Below are positions 57,046 through 64,000 of a stretch of DNA of 64,000 nucleotides, in pieces. Location: assembly GCA_964584335.1 (NCBI GenBank), contig CAZOZN010000001.1, positions 307,882-371,881 on the forward strand, given 5' to 3'. A program made the translations under genes and the position numbers. The notes below the pieces were generated by a model that worked only from the letters and a program-made list of their open reading frames with translations, was not told the origin of the DNA and did not search any database. How positions within the stretch are numbered: position 1 is the stretch's first letter; every line of letters starts with the position of its first letter. Origin of the DNA: an uncultured archaeon (GTDB taxonomy: Archaea; Aenigmatarchaeota; Aenigmatarchaeia; PWEA01; JAGHBM01).

Positions 57046-58203
57046 ATGCCTAAAAAAGTACTTATTAATGGAATGGGCACTGTTGGTTCTAGGGTTGGAA
57101 GACTTTTAATGAGCATGGATACTCAAGTAGTGGGAACAAAAGTTACTGCAAGAAAAGAGGATATAAAAACTCAAGAGCTTATACAGTTACAGAATGATTA
57201 CAAAAACAAACTTGAAATTTATATTACAGACGGTCCCGACTATAAAAAAAGAGAAAAAGATTTTGAAACAGTTGGACTCAAAACACGGGGACCGATTAGC
57301 GAAATAGATTATGAAGAAATAGGATTCATAATAGATGCATCACCCAAGTATACTGAAGACGAGAATTACGAAAACATCTACAAAGAACTTTACAAAGAAA
57401 AAGGAATAAACTTTATGATACAGGGGGGTGGAAACGAAAAAATAATCGATTCGCTTTATCTTAGTGCTCCTAACTGTAAGGGGGCTATAGAGTTTGAAGA
57501 ACTATCCAAAAACAAGAACCTGAAACAGGTATCCTGTAACACGACGTTTGGAGGCACTGGAATAGGTAATGTTCTTGAAGTCGTGGACCCAAAATACATA
57601 CATCACATAGATTCTGATTTTATAAGAAGAGAAAAGGACCCTAACACAAAAAAAGAGAAAAAACTGGAGCAGATTTATGGTCCGGAAGTAAAAACAAGAA
57701 CGCATCATGCACATGATGTCGAAGAAATATCTCAACAGGGAATAAAAGGAAAATTCGAGGACAGCAAAGCTTTGAAATGCCCATGGGAACACTTCCACCT
57801 GACAGATATAAACATAAATTTTAAAAACGGTTACAAATATGATTTTGAAGAATTAAAAAAAACTTTTGAAAAATATCCGAGATGCGTGCTTTTGAAAGAA
57901 GACTTCGATGTTTCAAATATAGTAAAAAGAACCGAAGACCTTGTGCCGGACAGTGATACCTTAATACCCATGTATAGGTTGATTAAGAAAGAAAAATCAA
58001 ACACACTAGAGATTATGGGTCCGAATCCACAAAGAAGCGTTGTGGGTCTTAGTGAAACAGATATGGTTGTAAAGAAAATGATAAAACCTGATGCGCCTTG
58101 GGAAGAAGTTTTTGATTACGTAAACAGAAATGTAATATGGCATGGGAAAAGTCTTGGTATATTAAAAGATAAAATAAAGTATAAGACAAGACCCGAATCA
58201 TAA
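57046..58203 (+). CDS. gap: Archaeal type II glyceraldehyde-3-phosphate dehydrogenase (divergent)
   Basis: INGMGTVG.RV, QGG, VSCNTT, RR..DP, HHAHDV. Confidence 0.8.
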   Translation: MPKKVLINGMGTVGSRVGRLLMSMDTQVVGTKVTARKEDIKTQELIQLQNDYKNKLEIYITDGPDYKKREKDFETVGLKTRGPISEIDYEEIGFIIDASPKYTEDENYENIYKELYKEKGINFMIQGGGNEKIIDSLYLSAPNCKGAIEFEELSKNKNLKQVSCNTTFGGTGIGNVLEVVDPKYIHHIDSDFIRREKDPNTKKEKKLEQIYGPEVKTRTHHAHDVEEISQQGIKGKFEDSKALKCPWEHFHLTDININFKNGYKYDFEELKKTFEKYPRCVLLKEDFDVSNIVKRTEDLVPDSDTLIPMYRLIKKEKSNTLEIMGPNPQRSVVGLSETDMVVKKMIKPDAPWEEVFDYVNRNVIWHGKSLGILKDKIKYKTRPES

Positions 58204-58302
58204 ATTATTTATAAAAAAATGACTCAAGTTAAAATAATGCAGCGGGAGTCGTTTTTTAATTTTTTTATTGCTTCTGTTTGCATATAAGAAGGGGGTGAAA
58301 AT

Positions 58303-58815
58303 ATGAAAGAAAAAAATATACTAATGATTATAGCTCCTGAAAATTTCAGAGATGAAGAGCTCATGGAACCAAAAGAAGTCTTTGAAAATGAAGGAGCAAA
58401 AGTCGTTATAGCATCCAAGGGAGTTGATAGCGCAAAAGGAATGTTAGGTGCTGTAGTCACAGTAGACAAGGATATAAACGAGGTAGAAGTTGAAGAATAT
58501 GATGCCGTAGTTTTTGTTGGTGGTTCAGGTTCTTCGATATATTTTGAAGACGAGATTGCGCAAAAAATAGCCACAGAAGCTTATGAAAAAGAAAAAATAG
58601 TTGCAGCAATATGTATAGCACCATCTATTCTGGCAAACGCAGGATTGCTTGAAGACAAATCAGCAACTTCTTTTGAGAGTCAAAAAGAAAACCTCATAGA
58701 AAACGATGCTGATTATACTGGAAACGGAGTTGAAGCTGACGGTAGAATAATAACAGCAAACGGCCCGGATTCTGCATTAGAATTCGGAGAAAAAATTATA
58801 GAAGCATTAAACTAA
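58303..58815 (+). CDS. DJ-1/PfpI family protein
   Basis: FRDEE, VFVGG.G, AAICIAP..LA.AG, IITANGP. Confidence 0.93.
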   Translation: MKEKNILMIIAPENFRDEELMEPKEVFENEGAKVVIASKGVDSAKGMLGAVVTVDKDINEVEVEEYDAVVFVGGSGSSIYFEDEIAQKIATEAYEKEKIVAAICIAPSILANAGLLEDKSATSFESQKENLIENDADYTGNGVEADGRIITANGPDSALEFGEKIIEALN

Positions 58816-59429
58816 TTCTGGGCCTTTTTTATTTCTTTTTCTATATTTTTTGCATCGTAACTAAATGTTTTTTCCTCTTCAGGAAATTTTCTTGAACTCC
58901 AGACATCTTCATCTACTTCATCATAACTAAAAACATCTTTATTGTAAGTTGGTTTTTTATTTTCTTTATTATTTTTGCCCAGTTCAAGATAGTTCCAAAC
59001 AACATCCTTATTAATCTTCCAATAGTGTGTTCTCCATGTCCTGCCGTCGTATAGAATATTTTCTTCTCTTTCAGTATCCAGAATACCTTCTTCCTCAAGT
59101 ATATAAAACAATTGCCTGTCATCTCTGTCCAAAACATTATCTATGACCCTGTCATCATAACCGAAAATGTCAAGTACAAACATGGCATCTCTTTTTGCCT
59201 TTTCTATTCCCATACCGGTACTGTTAGATATGGCACTTGAAAGTTCATTATGAGTAATTATGTCGGTAACTTTTTTTGAATTATATTTTCTATTGTTTTG
59301 CCTTAACATTTTTTTGATTTCTTCCTTAGAAAAAAAATTATTTAGCTGACCATAATCAGAACTATACTGAAAACTAAACTCCGGTTTTAATTCATCATCT
59401 TTATCTTTAAGAAACTTTTCATTTACCAT
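58812..59429 (-). CDS. DUF6015-like protein
   Basis: VLDIFGYDDRVIDNVL...DR..FY.LEE.G.L.TERE...LYDGR.WR.HYW. Confidence 0.7.
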   Translation of the reverse strand: MVNEKFLKDKDDELKPEFSFQYSSDYGQLNNFFSKEEIKKMLRQNNRKYNSKKVTDIITHNELSSAISNSTGMGIEKAKRDAMFVLDIFGYDDRVIDNVLDRDDRQLFYILEEEGILDTEREENILYDGRTWRTHYWKINKDVVWNYLELGKNNKENKKPTYNKDVFSYDEVDEDVWSSRKFPEEEKTFSYDAKNIEKEIKKAQN

Positions 59430-59572
59430 TTCTAAATAAGACACACCCAATTTACGGTCTTTATAATAAATAATAACTGCCATATAAAGATATCGCAGAA
59501 AAAGCCCCAAAATTCGACAAAACAACAACTTTCAGATAATTTTTATATAAAATATAATTTTTAGATAACTAT

Positions 59573-61396
59573 ATGAAAAAAATTTTAATATTGATAGTTT
59601 TGCTTCTTTTGTTACCGTCAGTAAAGGCAGAAGAGGAAATAAACCCAAGAGAAATTGGAAAAATAGAAACCAAAATAGAATTCAGTTCAATAATAAAATC
59701 TACAGGAAAACTAAACAAATTGAACCATTCCGTATACATAATACCGGAGAATTACCAAGAACTGGAGATAGATGCAAAGGGAGATTTTACATATTCAATA
59801 AAGAGAGATGAACACGGTAACAAAAAATTGGAAATCGTATGGATTGACTTCGAGTCACAGAATTATACTGTAAAAATGAAAATAGAAAATAGCGCTAAGT
59901 TTAATGGACCAAAAAAATCATCATTTCCGGAAGACACTCCAAGCAAAACTTTTAAGTATCTAGCAGAAAGCAAGTACGTAATAATAGATGATGATATAAG
60001 GGAAAAGGCAAGTCAAATTACACAGGGATGTGGCACCGGTTTTGAGGCTGTAAAAAAAATATCTTCTTGGATATACTCAAATTTAAATTATGATATTAAA
60101 TATTCAAAAACTGTGTTGCCTTCAGACAAAGTTTACGAAAATAAAAAAGGAACATGCGATGAATTCACAAATCTTTTCTTGGCAATGTGCAGATCTGTAG
60201 GGATACCTGCAAGGTATGTAGCAGGAATAACATACAGCAAGGAAGGTTGGGGTTACCACGCGTGGGCAGAAGTATATCTAGATGACAGGTGGGTTCCTGT
60301 AGACCCGACATGGAATGAAATAGGATGGATTGATGGTACACATATTGAATTTGGAAAATTCATAGACGGAGAAGACGTGAAAGTTACAGCAAGTTACATA
60401 TCTGAAGATGATGAAGAAGTAGAGATAATGCAACCAGAACCGAAAGTGAAAATAATATCAAGAAAACAGACAGAAAAAATATTTGATACTGAATTCGAAT
60501 CCTACCCAGAAAAAATAGGAATAGGAGAATCTTCTGTATTGGTAATAAAAACAAAAACCGAGTCTGACGGCTGTCTTGCAACAAGCCTTAAAATAAATCC
60601 AAGAATAGATGAATCAAAAGAGCCGATAATATCTATTTCAGGAGAAAAAACCATATCAGTCTGTCCTGATGAAACAGAAACATCTCATTTTGTAATAAAA
60701 GCAGACGATTCACTTGATAAAAAATACGTTTACTATAAACTTGCAGACATATACACGTTTCTAGGAGAAAAAAAGACAATAGACCTAGAAATAGACCCTG
60801 CCAAAGATGATTATTCTAAAATAGACCTGATTCTAGAATCACAAACAGTAGAAGCAGGAGAGGATATAGAATTTTCAGTAAGTTCAGAATCCGATTACAG
60901 AGTTTACTCCAATCTTCCTTTTATAGGAAACAAAATAATAACATCAAAAAAAGGCTCTTTTTATATAATAGCTGTATCAGAAACTGGGCAAGTGATAAAA
61001 AAAGATATAGAAGTAAAAGAAGACCTTAAATTTAAAATAAAAAACATAAAAAAACCTTCCCTTGTTAGTTGTGGAGAAAAATTCAATGTTTCTTTTACAA
61101 TAGAAAATATAAAAGAAAATAATTTTGAGATAGAAACAAAACAGAGCAGTGAACTTAGGTACATACCAAAAAAATACATAAGTTCGGATGAAGAAAATAT
61201 AGAAATTTTTTTAGAGACAAAACTAAGTGATGAATGCACAGGAAAAGAACAATTCCTGAATATAATGATAAATGAACAGAGAGTATTTGAAAAAATAGAA
61301 ACAGAAAAAGAAAAAAATGTTTTTGAAGAAATAATAAAAAAAATAAACTACATCATTAACCTAATACTTGAATCATTTAAAAATCAAGGCAAATAG
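59573..61396 (+). CDS. Secreted transglutaminase-domain protein
   Basis: Signal peptide; GTCDEF, GIPARY, HAWAEVY, W.P.DPT triad. Confidence 0.9.
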   Translation: MKKILILIVLLLLLPSVKAEEEINPREIGKIETKIEFSSIIKSTGKLNKLNHSVYIIPENYQELEIDAKGDFTYSIKRDEHGNKKLEIVWIDFESQNYTVKMKIENSAKFNGPKKSSFPEDTPSKTFKYLAESKYVIIDDDIREKASQITQGCGTGFEAVKKISSWIYSNLNYDIKYSKTVLPSDKVYENKKGTCDEFTNLFLAMCRSVGIPARYVAGITYSKEGWGYHAWAEVYLDDRWVPVDPTWNEIGWIDGTHIEFGKFIDGEDVKVTASYISEDDEEVEIMQPEPKVKIISRKQTEKIFDTEFESYPEKIGIGESSVLVIKTKTESDGCLATSLKINPRIDESKEPIISISGEKTISVCPDETETSHFVIKADDSLDKKYVYYKLADIYTFLGEKKTIDLEIDPAKDDYSKIDLILESQTVEAGEDIEFSVSSESDYRVYSNLPFIGNKIITSKKGSFYIIAVSETGQVIKKDIEVKEDLKFKIKNIKKPSLVSCGEKFNVSFTIENIKENNFEIETKQSSELRYIPKKYISSDEENIEIFLETKLSDECTGKEQFLNIMINEQRVFEKIETEKEKNVFEEIIKKINYIINLILESFKNQGK

Positions 61397-62079
61397 AACT
61401 TGTTTATTAATGCTTTAGGAAATTTCTTTTCTCTCATTGACCTTAAAAGAGAATCAAGGTCATAATTAACTTTCTGAAAACTTATTTCCATATTATCTGT
61501 GTCAACAAAAACATAAGACGCCATTGAGGGATTTTCGCTTTTTTGACCCAAGGACCCAGGATTTACTATAAACTTTCTATTAAACTCCTTAACGAAAGGT
61601 CTGTTCCCCTGACCGCATATTATCATATCAGCATCCGTATTATCAAAGTAGTCCTGAAGCTTTTCAAGTTTAACCATCTTACTTATTTCTCCTTTTATAT
61701 AATCATCTGGAGAACCATGAAGCAGTAATATATTAAGAGAACCTATTTTCAATGCATTATAACCATCAAGGTCAGAAAGGAACTCCATATTTTTCTTTGA
61801 AATTATTTTACTAGTCCAGTCTAAAGTCTCGGCGGTAAGTGAATCTAGACCATAAAAATCACCATCAACAACAGCCTGGTCGTAATCCCCCTTCACTGCA
61901 ATAAGGTTTTTTATTCCTCTGAGCTTATCACAAACTTCATTGGGGTGGGGGCCTATACCTACAAAGTCTCCTGCACAAAGCAGGTAATCAGGAGTTCCGA
62001 AATTATCCGATACATGCTTGAATACCGCCCTTAAAGCAATCAAGTTTGAATAAATATTAGATATTACCATCAAACGCAT
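61384..62079 (-). CDS. Calcineurin-like metallophosphoesterase homolog with lost metal ligands
   Basis: SNIYSN, GDFVG.GP.PNEV, KGDYD, HGSP, CGQGN, NPGS.GQ. Confidence 0.8.
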   Translation of the reverse strand: MRLMVISNIYSNLIALRAVFKHVSDNFGTPDYLLCAGDFVGIGPHPNEVCDKLRGIKNLIAVKGDYDQAVVDGDFYGLDSLTAETLDWTSKIISKKNMEFLSDLDGYNALKIGSLNILLLHGSPDDYIKGEISKMVKLEKLQDYFDNTDADMIICGQGNRPFVKEFNRKFIVNPGSLGQKSENPSMASYVFVDTDNMEISFQKVNYDLDSLLRSMREKKFPKALINKFYLP

Positions 62080-62167
62080 AAGTTAATTTAAGTGAAGCCA
62101 ATTTAAATTTTTTATTAAACCTAATTAATACTATAATAAAGACAATTTTGGATTATTAGTGATTTTT

Positions 62168-63001
62168 ATGAACCTAAAAAACATTCTAAACAAAAAATTA
62201 AGTGAAAATGAATTAAATAAATTAAACACTTCTTTTGATATATTGGGCTCCAGAGAGAGAGCCATAGCAATAATAGAAATACCAGAAGAACTTGAAAAAA
62301 AAGAAAAAATAATAGGAGAAGCTCTGTTAAAAGTCCATAAAAATGTAGCATCAGTACTGAAAAAATCATCAAATAGGAAAGGAGAAATGAGACTAAGAGA
62401 CTACAAGGTAATAGCAGGAGAAAAAAACACGGAAGTCATGCACAAAGAAAGCGGTTGCCGGTTCTTGGTTGACCCCAGAAAAACCTACTTTTCAGTCAGG
62501 GAAGGTACTGAAAGAGAAAGAATAGCGGAAGAAGTTAAAAGTAACGAAAAAATACTGGTAATGTTCGGGGGTGTGGCACCATTCCCGATAGTAATAGCAA
62601 AAAAGAAAGAAGTAAAAAAAATATACTCTGTGGAAATAAACCCTTCTTCACATAGATATGCAGAAGAAAATGTCCTGCTGAACAAAGTGGGGAACAAGGT
62701 AATACCTATACTGGGGGATGTCAGAGAAGTTTGCAAAGCAATTGGAGAGAAATTTGACAGGATAACAATGCATCTTCCCGAAAGAGCTTGGGAATTCTTG
62801 GATGTAGCCTTTTCCTGTTCCAGAAAGGGAACAATAATACATCTTTACGGTATAGAGGAAGAAGGCAGCAAAGAGCTTGAAAAAAAAGCAAGAGAAATTG
62901 CAGACAAATCAAAAAAGAAAATAGACATAATTGAGAAAAGAAAAGTGCTTCCATACAGCCCGAGAACATACAAATTTTGCCTGAAAATAAAAGTTATTTA
63001 A
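62168..63001 (+). CDS. trm5: tRNA (guanine-N1) methyltransferase Trm5 family
   Basis: FDILG, HKE.G..F.VD...YFS.R..ER, MFGGVAPF, EINP, GD. Confidence 0.88.
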   Translation: MNLKNILNKKLSENELNKLNTSFDILGSRERAIAIIEIPEELEKKEKIIGEALLKVHKNVASVLKKSSNRKGEMRLRDYKVIAGEKNTEVMHKESGCRFLVDPRKTYFSVREGTERERIAEEVKSNEKILVMFGGVAPFPIVIAKKKEVKKIYSVEINPSSHRYAEENVLLNKVGNKVIPILGDVREVCKAIGEKFDRITMHLPERAWEFLDVAFSCSRKGTIIHLYGIEEEGSKELEKKAREIADKSKKKIDIIEKRKVLPYSPRTYKFCLKIKVI

Positions 63002-63771
63002 TGTATATATTTTGAAGTTTGTTTTTCTCCCTTTAAATTCTTTTTTAATTCATCCAAGTGTTTAAGAAATTGCTCTTCCCCAATATTAGATTCATCATCT
63101 ATCTTATCAAGACCTTTGTATATATTTTTCTTGGTTTCCTCGCCCCAATATTCCGTAAATTTGTCTAAAAAGAAATTTGCCGTTTTATCGGAATCCAAGT
63201 TATAAACAGAAGTCACGTTATTTGAAAGTGGGCAAAAAGAATCAATCTCTTTACAATAACTATCAGGTTTGACTTCATTTTCACCTACTAAATTAGAATA
63301 AAGACCGCTTGGAGACTTTCCTTCTGATGTAATATAACACACCCTACCTTCGCCTTCAAAAGAACATGCCATCAAACCAATTGGTTTATCGTGTTTTCCT
63401 TCTATAATATCTTTTTTTGTGTCATCTGTAGGATAAGAAGGGAAATAAACATAAGGACATTTTCCGTTAACAACCTGCTTTTTCCCAACAAATGGATCTC
63501 CTCCCATACATGTTGGATTCGCTTCTCCATGAACATGGAAATATCTATCCTCTATTAAATAACCAACCATATTATTTCCTATTAAATTACTTTTCTTTTC
63601 TTCGTTCAAATTACCCTCTTTTATTGACCTTACAGTATGAACACCCAAAACATCAAAAATAGAAACTCTGTTTTTTTGAGATAGTTCATGAATCTTACCA
63701 AGAACTTCCTTACTTTTCATAGCAAACTTTAAAGCAATTAAATCTTCTTCAGATACATTACCACCGAACAT
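62998..63771 (-). CDS. Hypothetical Cys-containing protein
   Basis: ~257-aa ORF. Confidence 0.6.
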   Translation of the reverse strand: MFGGNVSEEDLIALKFAMKSKEVLGKIHELSQKNRVSIFDVLGVHTVRSIKEGNLNEEKKSNLIGNNMVGYLIEDRYFHVHGEANPTCMGGDPFVGKKQVVNGKCPYVYFPSYPTDDTKKDIIEGKHDKPIGLMACSFEGEGRVCYITSEGKSPSGLYSNLVGENEVKPDSYCKEIDSFCPLSNNVTSVYNLDSDKTANFFLDKFTEYWGEETKKNIYKGLDKIDDESNIGEEQFLKHLDELKKNLKGEKQTSKYIH

Positions 63772-63842
63772 AAAAACCACTTTTAATTAACTAAAAATTA
63801 AACTATTTAAGTTTTACTGGACAGTGGAAAAAAAAACAAAAA

Positions 63843-63998
63843 CTAAATCCTTGGCCTAAAACTATTTACATATTCAGCAATTCCATGAAACCCGCTGTAA
63901 ATCATCTCACCGACTTTTAAGCCGAAATATGAAATATCTTCAGAATCCTGGGCCTGATAAGGTATCCCATTCTTAATCAAATAATCTTCCGCTAATAA
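63843..63998 (-). CDS. Hypothetical protein, 3' end (truncated by window)
   Basis: Open frame ...AEDYLIKNGIPY...YSGFHGIAEYVNSFRPRI*. Confidence 0.5.
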   Translation of the reverse strand, partial: LLAEDYLIKNGIPYQAQDSEDISYFGLKVGEMIYSGFHGIAEYVNSFRPRI

Positions 63999-64000
63999 AG

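Noticed and set aside
1-64000. CRISPR array, IS element, prophage, DGR or recoded stop codons
   Set aside because: No spaced direct repeats, transposase, integrase or reverse transcriptase seen; core genes end at normal positions with all three stop codons

Overview
AT-rich, gene-dense chromosomal segment of an archaeon. Markers include class I LysRS, aIF5B, aIF2-gamma, aIF6, Rpo4/Rpo7, Spt4, L7Ae/S28e/L24e/S6e/S24e/L21e, Pus10, Trm5 and SRP54, with TTTAAATA TATA boxes and GGTGA/GGTGT Shine-Dalgarno (SD) motifs. The overall style suggests a DPANN lineage such as Aenigmarchaeota (inference only). The backbone is two conserved archaeal translation superoperons interrupted by metabolic genes (gpmI, glnA, transketolase, glmS, split glmU, ppa, GAPDH), transport genes (TrkAH, MscS, Na+/H+ antiporter, MFS), hydrogenase-maturation genes and a two-component system. 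No rRNA, tRNA, CRISPR array or transposase was seen. Most notable: (1) S6e and S24e end in a near-identical ~225-bp DNA module encoding a Lys/Glu-rich tail, and L7Ae has a related tail; (2) an unannotated ~50-nt transcription unit upstream of glmS folds into a canonical kink-turn and has a C/A-rich leader complementary to the SD regions of glnA and a DUF6015-like gene; (3) two tandem GGGP-synthase paralogs have different active-site degenerations; (4) GlmU is split with domain order reversed, Adk occupies the usual Ndk slot, and there are a pseudo-metallophosphoesterase and a Cys-less HypC-like micro-ORF. All family calls come from motif recognition by eye, not from database searches.
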